A stretch of DNA of 63,785 bases, counting the filler, from Ministeria vibrans ATCC 50519 (taxonomy: Eukaryota > Protista > Filasterea): assembly GCA_943704425.1 (NCBI GenBank). It is 4 parts of 4 records of this genome, joined end to end, with 100 filler letters (N's around TTAATTAATTAA, not from the genome) between each part and the next. Parts side by side here need not be neighbours in the genome. Positions count along the whole stretch, not along the records: positions 1 to 15,833 come from CALSCP010000985.1; 3 more parts are not named here. One strand, given 5' to 3'. The position numbers and the translations under genes were made by a program. Positions 1-12,121 of the stretch are shown here, one piece after another (positions within the stretch are counted from its first letter, which is position 1; every line of letters begins with the position of its first letter). A model generated the notes under the pieces. That model was not told the origin of the DNA. It saw only the letters and a program-made list of their open reading frames with translations, and ran no database searches.

Positions 1-1376
1 ATACAATCAAAGGAAGCAAAATAACATGATAATAACACAATAATTATGGTAGTTTTTTGATGAGTTACCCTTATTCACTTCAATATGTCCATACATATTA
101 CACCCTTCGTTATGCGCATTCTTAAGTTGCTCCGTAAATCCCTCTCGAACACACTACAAAAGATACACATATTAAATCAATCAAAGTCACCCAATAGCTA
201 CATAAATAGCCTTCACAACTGCTTGTGTTTCGTACTTGCTCCATTCCCGCTGGGTCAGCAAAAGCCCATCCTTTGGCGCGATACGCACTTCTCACTTCTT
301 CACAGGTTTGACAACACTTGATTCCCTCACCTGACACACAAATAAAAATCAATCCATCAATCTATGTTTCTCTTCTCCCGACGTTTATGTTTTTTTTCTT
401 CGTACTTTCTGCTCCGTAACAGGATCCACAGTAGTTTTCTGGAAGTGTGTTGTTCAGTGCTTTTGTCACTTCTTCACTGTGATCTCCCAATTCTACACAA
501 AAATAAAGTGGAAAGTTGAACCCCCCTTGAAACCCCATCATTTTGACCTTACTCTTGAGTCCTTCTGCTGTCTCGTCAATCGGTACACCTTCCAAAGTCA
601 GACGCTTCTTAAAAAGAGAGTGCGCCAGATCAAACTGCTGTTCGCCAGACACGTCCATCACATCCACACTCAAAACTAAACAAACACATTGAATGAATGA
701 GATGTTTCGTCTTGTCTCAAAGATGAAATAATGTTTCATCTTGTCTCAAAGACGAAATGATTCGTCGTCATGAGATTGATAAGATGTTTCGTTTCGTCTC
801 ATCAATGAGATGTTTCGTCTCATGTCAAAGATAACAATCCGTTTCTCTCTGTGACAAACACACACACACACACACATTTCATCACTCTCCCACACGCGAA
901 TCATATGCTAAACACTCACATGAGCAGGAGAGGCGCGGGAAGGTAATGTCGATGTTGATGCGCAGCTTCTCATTGCGCGACGTGTCCACCAGCAGCTCCT
1001 GCTGCATGTCGTACTGCAGAAAGTACTGCAGCTCCGAGAAGAACAGCAGCGCCATGAACGCCAGCGACACAATCGAAACTGCAGGCCAATGCGACAAGAA
1101 CAACGTGTGTGTGTGTGTGTGGGTCAGTCTCATTTTGTGTGAAGAAGAGAAAAAAATGTCAATGACAATTGAACAGAATCAAAAAAAAGAAAAAAAAAAC
1201 ACGTCGCAAACCAACAGGGCTGGTAAGAAGAGAGAGACACACACAATGAACCAAGATGCAACGGCTTGGGGCGACAGGCGGGCCGTACTGATGCTGCCAC
1301 TGAGTGTTTTGATGCGGACGTCCTCCAGCGTCTTGGGATAGGCGTCCAGCTGCCGCAGGTCATCCATGAACCCCAT
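1..1376 (-). CDS. ERGIC3: ER-Golgi intermediate compartment protein 3 (Erv46 family); multi-exon, 3' end runs off the window
   Basis: Exons read MGFMDDLRQLDAYPKTLEDVRIKT, LLFFSELQYFL..ELLVDTSRNEKLRINIDITFPRLSC, LSVDVMDVSGEQQ, YCGSCYGAE, CCQTCEEVRSAYRAKGWAF and EGCNMYGHIEVNK. These are the hallmark ERGIC3/Erv46 motifs, separated by GT-AG introns. Confidence 0.92.
697..835. repeat. Degenerate intronic minisatellite (GAGATGTTTCGTCT(T/C)..TCAAAGA-like units)
   Basis: About 4-5 imperfect copies of gatgtttcgtc/tctcaaaga inside an ERGIC3 intron. Confidence 0.6.
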
Positions 1377-1718
1377 GATGACGATACGAGTGAGAAACCA
1401 ACCAGAGGCGCCGACAACAAGCTCTTTAGAAAAATAATGTGTCTTTTTTACTTTATAGTTTAATCAACTCAGTAATGAACTCATCTCGAGTCCCAAAGAC
1501 AGCCTATGACCAAAGTGACTCGCTTCCATGATCCCTGTCTCAGTATTTCAACACCCAATGTCTTCTTAAAGCCTCTCGCATTCAAAGTCGTGCTGGAGGG
1601 GTACGGGGGGGTTAAAAAAATCAATAATTCTTCGTCGATCAATATTGGACTTCTTCTTCTTCAATTAATTTTCTCCGTACCGAATTGGCTTTTTGATCAT
1701 CGGTTTGCAGATCCTACC

Positions 1719-1907
1719 ATGGGTCTGGGTGTGATCACTGAAACGGATGCGCGAGAGGGAACTCCGTCGTTCTTCTCCACAGCCGATCGCTATGTCGAGC
1801 GCGGCCGATGGCTCAAACACGCCGTTCGCACCCTTGTCAAGGACTCTCGTGTACGTGTCCACGACAAAGCTCATCTTCTCCACCAAAACTCAATATGAGG
1901 AGAGAGT

Positions 1908-1949
<42 letters not shown>

Positions 1950-3502
1950 GAAAAGCCATAGATGCACTTGACTGCTCTCCTCTCTCTCTCTCTCTCTCTC
2001 TTTGAACTGCCCTCTGTTCTCAGAGCATGACACCGTCCGTCTCTGTACACCCCTCCCGCCCCGGTCTCCTGCTCTGCTGCCCCCCCCTCTCTCTCTCTCT
2101 CTCTCTTCTCTCTCCTCTCTCTCTCTTTCGCACAAGTTCTTTTTTCTGCTCTTATCGACTCTCGCCTTCCATTGTTAGGCGGTTCTCCAAGCGGAACTTG
2201 CGTCCCACGCCATGTTCGCTGCCTTTGTCGACAAAATGCATGCCATCGGTACGTCCCTGCCCCCCACTGCGCACCCCCCACAGCGCCCCCAGAGGCCCTC
2301 CAGGGGCCCTCGCGACTCCCACTTTTTTGACCTCTCTCCTTTTGTTTTTCCAGTCATGGACGAAGCCAAATGCCCCGACGCCCTCATTGATGACCGCAAA
2401 CGCGCTGTAAGTACCTATTCCAAGCATTCAACGAGAGCGCACAGTCTCAACAAGACGCCGCACACCCAATTGTGTGATTTCGACCTGGTGCTAAAATCGA
2501 TCTCGCTGGTTTTCTTATATTCAAGGTGATGCTGGACGTGATGGAGTCGGCCGTGACTGCCTCGAGCTTCCGTGAGATGTTTCTCTTACAATTTGAACAG
2601 CTGCTTGTCGAGCCCCTTGAGCGAACAAGCAATCAAGACCACAAGGTACCGAGATGGTGCTTTTGTGTCGGTGTGCAGCGAATCCTGACGTGTGTGCACT
2701 GTCGTGTACGTAGGTTGTGAAAGAGGCTAAGAAGAAGTTTGACAAGATTGCCGATGACTACGAAAACTTCTTGAGCAAGTTTTCGGCTCTTAGGAAGCCC
2801 GAAAAGAAAAGTGCACAGGTAAAGGGGACGCTTTTCAACGAATCGTGCTGATTCTTTTTCGTTTTCGTTCATAGGAAAACTACCGCAAATGGAACAATAA
2901 GTACCAAGAGAGTGCCCTCGAGTACCGTTCGGCCCTTTTGAAGTTCCGAGACAAACAGCAAAAGGAACTTCCCAGTCTCATTTTGGGGTAAACATTGTTT
3001 GTATGATTTTGTAGTTTGTGTGTTGATTTTTTTTTTTTTTTTTTTTTTTTGCGGCTCGATTATTGTTAGGTTTGGACGTGCAAATTATTCGCTATACAGT
3101 CAGTCATTTGAGGGAATGAAGGACATTGCGGATGCCATGTCAAACTTGGCACTGGACATTCAGCGCGAAGAGTCAGGAGAGATGCACGGACTTAGAGTAA
3201 GAGAGTGGCATGATCTGCGATCGTGTGTTTTTGATTTTGAATATATTTGTGTATATGAATGATATTGACATAACTCTGTCTGTGTGAATGGTATGTGTAT
3301 GTTTGTTCCTTTGCGTACGAGTGAAATGACGTGTTGGTGGTGAAATTGATTGGAATGAACTTGTTTTTTCAAGGAGAAGGAGGAGGAAGAGGAACGCGAG
3401 CTGTATGAGACAGTGAACATTGACAGCGCCACACTCAACTGCAACTACCGCGGCCATTTGTTTATCATGGTCAATCAAGGGGAGAAGAAGGTGCGTGACA
3501 TG

Positions 3503-3535
<33 letters not shown>

Positions 3536-6427
3536 TTGTTTGACTGAGTGACTTTTTTTTTTCTTTTTTTTTGCTAATTTGATGCGGATTAGGCGACGTC
3601 GCGTGCTTGGGTAAGATACTACTGTGTATTGGACCAGGCGGGGACGCTGCTGATTATGAAGGAACGGCCCAAGGGGAATGAGGCGATTGTGGTGGATTCG
3701 TTTCACATGCGCAACTGTCTGGTGCGCCCATTGAACAAGCAGTTTGGACGCAGCTATGTGTTTGATGTGCGCACCGAGAGCAGCGGGGTGTACAAGCTGC
3801 AGGCGGAGTCGGAGACGAGCATGAACAGCTGGGTGACGGCCGTGCAGAAGGCGTCGCAAGGCAACGATGCGCATCGTCACGCACGCACTGACCAGAGCCA
3901 CGAGTCGCGAGAGGCTATTCGACTGGAGCGTGCCCGTCAGGACAAGCAGTACCGTGAATACTTGCAGCGCCGAGAGAGTCAGCGTACGGGCGGTGCGGGT
4001 GTCTCGCAGAGCTCCGCGAGCGGCTCCATTGGGTCTGCGCCCGCACTCACTACTCGCGAACTGCAGGAGCGCGCTCACGCTCAGCTGCGCGAAGTCGCTG
4101 AGTCTCAAGAGCTCTACGTTGCGCATCGCCAGCAACAAATGCGTCCCAGCTCGGCCATGGTCTCGTCGACGGGCGTGCGGCTCATGTCCAAGGCAGAGGC
4201 TGCACAGGCGCCCATGCCCAAGAACCGCTTGATTGCCGCCGCCCAAGCGGCCGCTGCCGCTCGTCCTTCCTCCACCTCTGCTTTGCCTGCGGCGGCGGCA
4301 GCCGCCTCGGCCACTGCCATTCATCCTGTTCGCGCCTACCACCCTAGCACAGCTGATGACGAGTCGAACACTCTTTACGAGCGTCCGTGGGATCTCGGTT
4401 CGGCACCTTCAACAGCACCCCCGCCGCCTCCGGGTGCATCGGAAGCAGTTAACCTTGACGACACGGGTCCCTTGTATGCCACCACCGACGACGTGATGGC
4501 CGTTATGAAACCGTCCCTGAAGAAAGCGCCTATCACAAATGCTGCCCCTCCCCCACCAATCCCAACTTCGGCGCGCCCACCCAGTTCCAGCAGCACTTCT
4601 GCTGCATCCACTCCAACAATTGCCAGCGCTTCTTTGTCGGGATCCTCAATGTCACCGTCGGTCAGTGGTGTCCCTTCACGACCTGCTCCCGCTCCCCCAA
4701 TACGCACTGTTCCTTCCGTTACAGCCGTACGACCACCTGCACCCCAAGCGCCCGCGCGCCGTCCTCGTCAACGCCCCTCGAGTGAAGCGCTCTTTAACAG
4801 TGGAAACGCACCCACCACACCACCCTCAGTCAAGCCTACGCCGCCCGCTGTGCCCGGCTCCAAGCCGGTCATGCAGCCTCCGACAAACCGGCCGCCACCC
4901 GTGCCGTCCACACCCGCTGCTCCACCACCCGCGAGTGTCGCGCACCTGCCTCACAAGCTTAGCTTCCACTACGACGAGGCGGACACTATCGATGCGGCGG
5001 CACACAACTACGCCGAATGGGATGACCCACAAGACGATGACGAGGACGACGATGAGGAATTCAAGACCAAGCTGACGGAGTCGCGCATGCGCAAGGCCTT
5101 GTCCAAGAGTAGCAAGGAAAGCACACTGGGCGGCGTCTCCGAAGAGATACTCTCAACAGGCCTGGTCGAGGCACCCGATGGCTACGCTGATGACGACGAT
5201 GACGACGATGACGACGCTGATGATTATGAGGTCTTTGAGGCGGACGAGGCAATGCGACGACAATATGAGGAATCGATGCGGATGGAAGAGGAGGCGCGGA
5301 AGCAACGCTCGTTGCGCCGACAAGAGCCAATTCACGATGATGATGAGGATGAGAAGGCGGACGAGGAAGAGGAAGAGGATGATGATGAGGAAGGGAGCAG
5401 TGATGATGATGATGATGATGATGAGGACGAGGACGAGGAGGACGAGGGTGACGAGGAGGAGACGGACGACAGTGACGATGAGAGTGTTGGCAGTGCCGAT
5501 AGTCATCTGTACGAGTATCCGTTTATCCCCGAGAGCTGTCGACTGGGATCCTTTGCTGCCGACGACCTCCCTCCGCCACCGCCACTACCGTCCGCGTCTT
5601 TCTCACCGTCAACCATTAGTGACCTTCCACCGGCGCCCGACATGTCGTCGTTGCCGCTGCCCGACGAACTCATAGAAGTAGAAGTACCCGAGGCTCCCGC
5701 AACCGTTGTTACAACGCCCGTTCCCGCGCCAAGACGCACCTCCAGCAGCTCTGGCCTTTCGATCGCCACCACCACAGTGACTGCGCTCTCCCTCTCCACG
5801 CCATCCACGCCCACACGTCCCCATCTTGACCTTAATCCGTCACTTACTGTCACCGAGAATGAGTCTCCACGCGACGCAGCCACTCGCGTCGCCGGCTCAG
5901 ACACGGTTGGTGAGCTTGTTGAAGCCACTATGGAGACTCTTATTGCGCGCAACTGCACTGTCGACGAAGTAGGCGACGAGAAAATACGTGTGAAACCTCG
6001 AGTAAGAAAGAGACAGACAACAAAAGACACAAACACGAATCCTGACTCATCTCACTCTTCTTTCGACGCAAAGGGCTCGTTGACGCCGGGCGAGCACAAA
6101 GTCATTGCCAAGCACAAGGCGGCCTTTCTTGCCTACATCCGTGTCGCCAAGGCTGAGCAGAGTATCCACCAACACGCATCGTTTCCATGCGTGGATTTAA
6201 ATCGTTGGTTTTTTTTTTTTTTCACGTGCAGCGCAACGGATTTACGATCGACTGTCTACAAGAGAAGCGACAGCGAAAGGGACCAGTGGGAAATCAGTGT
6301 ATGCTGACCCTGAGTCGCTGACCACCACCACGCAGTACAAGTCAGTGCGCCCGTCAAACTCATTCTCGTCAGAGACATCGGCAAGTCCAAGGTATCCTTT
6401 TTTCTCTCCATGTATCTCCCTCAATAT

Positions 6428-6479
<52 letters not shown>

Positions 6480-6639
6480 CTTTGTTTCTCTGTATCACTT
6501 TGTTTCTCTGTATCACTTTGTTTCTCTCTATCACTTTGTTTCTCTCTATCACTTTGTTTCTCTCTATCACTTTGTTTCTCTCTCTCTATCACTTTGTTTC
6601 TCTCTCTCTATCACTTTGTTTCTCTCTCTCTCTATCACT

Positions 6640-6713
<74 letters not shown>

Positions 6714-6754
6714 CTTTGTTTCTTTCTCCTTTCTCTCTCTCTCTCTCTATCACT

Positions 6755-6814
<60 letters not shown>

Positions 6815-7273
6815 AACTCTCTCTCTCTCTCTCTCTCTCTTGAACTCTCACTCTCTCTCTTGAACTCTTGAACTCTTGAACTCTCTCTCTCTCTTTACCT
6901 GTCGTATTTAAAATTTTATTGATTTGTTTGTAGTGTACAATACACTGCGATGAATGCGGGTGGTGGTGCGGCTCCGCCTCGCCCTTCTCCTCGCCCAGTC
7001 AACGCCATTACCGACGACTCCAGACCCGCGCCCCCGGCCCCCGTTGCACTTACAGTCGCAGGCGCCACTGCCACTCTGCCACCCCCACCGGAATACACCA
7101 GAATGCCTGCGCCCCGTCCCCAACCGCGTCCTTCCTCTGTCACTCTTTCCTCTCCGGTCCATGCTCCTGCCCCCTCTTCTTCAACGCCTGCTGGTCAGCC
7201 CCCTGCCGTGCCCAAAAGACCCAATTCCAATCTCAAGCTCCAGAATTCCTCCGGTGGTGAGAGTATGGCATGA
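1719..7273 (+). CDS. BAR-PH domain protein with a long Pro-rich, acidic, Tyr-motif-rich C-terminus; multi-exon
   Basis: N-terminal helical exons (FEQLLVEPLER, KEAKKKFDKIADDYENFLSKF, ESALEYRSALLKF) resemble the ACAP/APPL/oligophrenin BAR domain. PH domain: WVRYYCVLDQAGTLLIMKE...YVFDVRT..VYKLQAESETSMNSWVTAVQKA. Followed by PxxP and D/E tracts; stop at 7271-7273. Confidence 0.75.
6430..6895. repeat. (CT)n microsatellite with embedded TATCACTTTGTTTC units (intronic)
   Basis: Directly visible tandem units of about 19-25 nt. Confidence 0.9.
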
Positions 7274-7327
7274 TGTGTTTGTACGTAAACGTTTTATTTT
7301 TATCATTAAAAGAATAATATTATTATT

Positions 7328-7418
7328 AATAGAGAATCGAGATCGGTAGCTGTTCTTAATGTCAAAGCAAGACTATGTACAAAACAAAGAGCAGCACAAT
7401 ACTTCCGCCGTAGACTTC
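7328..7418. repeat. Dispersed ~90-nt intergenic repeat, copy 1
   Basis: aatagagaatcga...agctgt...tgtcaaa.caagac.at.tacaaaacaaa..gcagcacaatacttccgccg matches 58351-58437. Confidence 0.8.
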
Positions 7419-7652
7419 ATTCATTCTATCTCTTTATTTCTAATCCTAAGGTGGAAGCATAAATAGCATCGTACTGCTCTTCATTGTATTATTTCTACTT
7501 ATTTCTTAATGAGTGCGTGTTTTCTTTATTTGTACGAAGCATAAATTGAAATAGCATCGTATAACTCATTGTATTGTATTGTGTAATGTTTGTTAAGTGT
7601 TTCGTTTATTTGTACATGGGCTCATTTTCATTTTTTCTATCGGTATACATGG

Positions 7653-8304
7653 CTACATTGGAGGATTGTGGTTCGCGTGAACAAACTCGAGGGTCTTGGA
7701 GACAACACGCATGTCGCTTTCAATAGATCGGCTCCAGTTTTCAACATCACCAATTTCCTAAAATATGTAGTCCAAATTCAGTCCAAAAGTTGATCAGTCA
7801 GTGGTGGAAAGAAGCGACGCAATAGAAGACGTGCCTTGAGGGACTGGTTGAAGGATTCAACCATGGCAAGCCACTGCGAAGCCTGCTTCATGTAGCGACC
7901 TACGCAGAAAATGAGCAGAGAGCGAATCAACAAACGAAAGAAGAATGAAAAAAAGAAAAAGTCTAAAATGCGAACCAGCGAGAGTCTGCAGATGCTTTGC
8001 CTCCGTCTCCAACGCCTTCTGGTTAGTGAACACCCTGGCGACACCCCCGTTGAGCGCGTCGACGAGTTCGTGGCTCACTTGGCCCACAGACGCAACAGCT
8101 TCTTTGCGTAAGCGCTCTAGACGCACGGGAAGGTGCGGGAAAGGGCAGGGGGAGGGAGAGGAGGAGAAGGGTAGTGTGTGAGTGGACAAAGAGGCGGGTG
8201 TAGAGGCAGAGGCAGAGGAGGGAGAGTGTAGAACAAGTTTTACCATTCTCGTTTCGCAGAATCTGCTGGCGTCCCGAGTGTTCCTTCAAAGCACGAGAGA
8301 GCAT
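7653..8304 (-). CDS. BLOC1S1: BLOC-1 subunit 1 (BLOS1/GCN5L1); 4 exons
   Basis: [11 protein letters not shown] / [24 protein letters not shown] / [18 protein letters not shown] / [24 protein letters not shown] are the typical BLOS1 blocks. Confidence 0.92.
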
Positions 8305-8540
8305 GATCAGCAGAAGAATGAAGGTACCAAGAAGAAGTAGAGCAAAAAAAAACTGATAAGACTTTTAAGTCACTTAAGAGAGTCTTAAGTGTAATGTGTT
8401 GAAGTGACGAAAAGTTGGTGAACTGCTGAAAATATCAAAACTACTTACTCCGTAGTTATTACTACACAAAACTTATCTGGTTATCTAATACCTGTGGCCA
8501 CTCGCCGTTGGTTGTGATCGCGTCGCCCAAGGCCTGGATC

Positions 8541-9139
8541 ATGGAGAACCTGTTCGCCAATGCGTTCTGGGAGACCACGGGAGACTTTGCGGGTTTCCCT
8601 GGATTCGACGCACTCGCACAGAAGACGATGGCTGCTCGCGAAGGCATGGGCGAGCTAGGCGAATACTACAGGCAACGGTAGGCGAGGCGTGCAAGCGCAG
8701 AGTCGTTTCAGTCACATTTTGTGACGAAACACAAAACTTTTTTTTTTTTCATTTCTCACCTTTGCGTTTATATCTCTCGGTAGAGCTGCCATTCAAGAGC
8801 AGTACGGGAAGCAGCTTGTCAAGCTATCAAAGGGCCGATGTGTCAATCGCAATTCGCTGTACGGGTAAGGAGAAAAATTCAAAAAAAACGACACAAAAAG
8901 ACAAAGTGAGTAGCATGCGACTGGTTTTATACTGCTGTGACTACCTTGAGNNNNNNNAGACATTGAAAAAAAAAAAAAAAAAAGAATGTGAAAAACATTG
9001 GTAGCAGCGCAAAAGAGGCCTTCTGTCGCTCGTACCAACTTCAAAAATGCCCATGAGAAGTTCGCGTTTCAAGTAGTAGTCGTCAAATTGGTGGTTCTGC
9101 AACAGGAGAAGCACAGAAGGTTTCGTTTAGAATAATACG

Positions 9140-9176
<37 letters not shown>

Positions 9177-12060
9177 AGGGAGTGATCAATCACACATTTC
9201 TGTCTGTCTCTCTCTCTCTCACACACACACAGCGGCCTTGGCGAAGTATGGGACGCAATTCTCGTTGAAACGGAGAACACTGGCACCGCAATGATACAGC
9301 ATGCGCAGGAGATGGTGCGCAGCGTTGAGCAGCTGCTGCGGACGTTTGGAGAGCGGCAGAAGGAGACGCAGAAGAAGGTGCAGAGACAAGTGATGTTGAT
9401 TGAGTGTTGCTTTTTTTATTATTACTATTATGATTTTTTAAACCTGTCGTGGTGGTGGGTCTCCTTGTACATAGGCGATTGAGTCTGTTCGTCCAGTTCA
9501 GCGAAAGTTGGCGGCATCTGCGGAGCGAGCAGCAAAGGTTGAAAAAAAAAAGAAAGCGAACATACACAATAATTTGACCATGCCATGGTATGTGAATTGT
9601 GTGCAGTTAAAGGAAAAGTACGAGTCAAAGTGTCGCGAGAGTGACGCAGTCCAGGACCAACTTGCAATGGAGAAACAGAGAAGCGTGATGGGCGAAAAAG
9701 ACCTGGAGAAGCTGTCCGCCAAGGTTGAGCGAGCGGTACAGAGTGTCCACCGTAGAGGTACACTGTTTCTTTGTTGTGTATACTGTTCCCACACGCCAGT
9801 CAAGAAGACACACCCACTGCCACCTCATCGAACTTGAATACTGCTCCCTTTTGTTCAATATTTCTCTCCATCTCTCTCCGTTGGTCAATATTTTTGTGAT
9901 CTCGCTTTATAAATTGTTTGTCTTGTTTTGATATTGAGTGCTATTCTTGATTCTATTTTAAATGTTCCTAATTGTTTGTTTTCCTTTGGTTTTTTGTTTT
10001 TGTCATTAGATGACAAGTACCGCAACGCTATTGGTGAGCTCCAGATGGACCATCAAACGTGGGTTTCGGCTACGAGAGAAGCAGCAAACGTACGTGTGCT
10101 AAAAGAGGAGTGAGATGGTAACTGATACTTCACTGATACACTTTTGCAGATCTTCCAATGTCTTGAGATGGAAAGGGGACTGTACCTTCAGCTTGTGCTG
10201 CGTGAGGCACAACAGGAACAGGCAAAGATGGTGGGAACGGTACTGGAGCATATCCAGGGCACACAGAGCCGACTGGACCAGTGGCAGCCCAAACGTGATG
10301 TCGTCGAGTTTGTGGAGGTGAACGGAGGAACGGTGTGCGAGCCAGTGCGTAAGACAACCAAACGTTCACTGTGGTCCCCAATAGTATAGATCATGAGAAT
10401 GATCTCTATTTTGCGTGTGTTTGTTTTATTAGCTCCTGCGACGTATGACAACTACTATGGACCGCGTCGTGCGCGAAGTGCCTCGGGTACAGCACCGCCT
10501 GGGGGGGTGCGACGGCGTGCCTCTGTGTCGGATGCCACTGCCACGACCATTCTCTTTTCGCCGGGCTCCTACCACCGTCGCCTGGACGGCAGTGGACTGC
10601 TTGCCGTGCAATACGAGTCGGAGGTTCACGGCTCACTCAACAGTCTCACCAGTGCGAGTTCGGGCGGCACCAACACACCCTCGTCTCTGCTTTCACCCGC
10701 CGCTCCCCGACGCCACCACATCATCTCACCACTTGCTTGCGTTGATACTAGCTCACCGGTCTCTTCGCACCGCTCCGCTCCCACCACACCACGCAGTCAC
10801 AGCCTTCAAGCACCCCGCTCGGCCTTTTTCCCGTCGACCACCCAGATACACGCTCCATCGAGTCTTGTCTCCACTGTGACATCCCTGCACATCAACACCA
10901 CCACCACCACCAATGCAAGTGGCAGTCCCCCCACCCGTAAACTCCCCCTGACGCCGACCGATCGTGGGCGTCAGCAATCAGCCACCAATGTGGCAGCAAA
11001 TCGCGACAGTATTGTGCAGCTGACAACGCGAGCGTCACCGACTCGGCTCCTCAGTCCCAGTGAAGAAGGTGAAACTAATTAAGAGTGTAAAATAATAATC
11101 ATAATAATACTAAAAATAATAATATAATTAATTTTAATTGCGCTTGTAGATGAAACAAAGTCTATCACGCACACGGTACGAGTGGCACACGAGTACCGCG
11201 CACAGGGCCAGCAAGAGCTCACGTTGCACGTGGGCGATTGCATTGTGGTGCTTGAAAAGAGCAATGATGTTTGGTGGAAGGGTTCGTGTCGCGGTGCTGT
11301 GGGTATGTTCCCAGTGTCTTTTGTGGAGGATTTGGCGGGAAATCGATTGGGGATGTCACCGGAGATGAACCGTGCAGCAAAGCGCTTTCAACGTGTAAAG
11401 GGGGTGCTACAGCAACGTCGACAGCAGCAACGGTCGTCCCGCGCAACGGAGAAGGAAGACGAGGCTAAGGAGGAAGAAGAAGAGGAGGAGGAGGATGTTG
11501 TGGAGGTGGAGACAACGTTGCGAGTGCGGTCCAAACCCATCGGGGTGCGACCCAACTCGTTTGCTGCGTCTATGCCGCACATGGTTATTGATGAGGAAGA
11601 CACATTGAGTTTGTCTGACGACGATGATGACGAAGAAGTTGAAATCGGGCAAACACCAGCGGATGGTGGTGAGCTAGAGGTGGGAAAGAAGACAGAGGAA
11701 GGAACGGATGAGGAGGGGAAGAAAATATGTGAGGGGGGAGGGGTGCGGACGGAACTGCATAAGGGCATGGTGGGAAGACGCTTTTCGGCGCCGAGTGCTT
11801 CGATGGAAGAAGGCATTGCAATGTTGCGACAGCGGAAGCAGCTGCCGTCACCAGGTACCTCTATGACGCTATTGATAGGCACGGAGCCCGACGGAAGTGA
11901 GCCAAATGACACTGTGGAGGAGCAGAGTGGCGAGGTAGAGGGACTGCAGGCGAGTGGGCTCTATGCACCGCCGTCGTTGATTCTTGAAAAGGAGGAGGAA
12001 GAGGAAGAAAAAGAAGAGATGGAGGAGGAGGAGGAGAATGGCGCTGATGTGGTGGAATAA
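8541..12060 (+). CDS. F-BAR (FCH) + SH3 protein, PSTPIP/Cdc15-like; multi-exon, small N gap in an intron
   Basis: MENLFANAFW..GFDALAQK...ELGEYYRQR/AAIQEQYGKQLVKLS is an FCH motif; IFQCLEMERGLYLQ. SH3: VAHEYRAQGQQELTLHVGDCIVVLEKSNDVWWKG...GMFPVSFVE. Acidic tail. Confidence 0.8.
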
Positions 12061-12121
12061 TAATGATATCGTTTGTACTGTATAATTATGCAATCACACT
12101 AATTTTTTATTTTTATTTTTT

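Noticed and set aside
3173-4342. Long antisense ORFs (also 30596-31480, 48980-49942, 50567-51553)
   Set aside because: Shadow frames of GC-rich coding exons with no recognisable motifs.
6297-6871. LSLSLS/RERERE ORFs here and at about 1900, 15700-17000, 21400-21800, 46600-46900 and 63400
   Set aside because: Translations of (CT/GA)n microsatellites.
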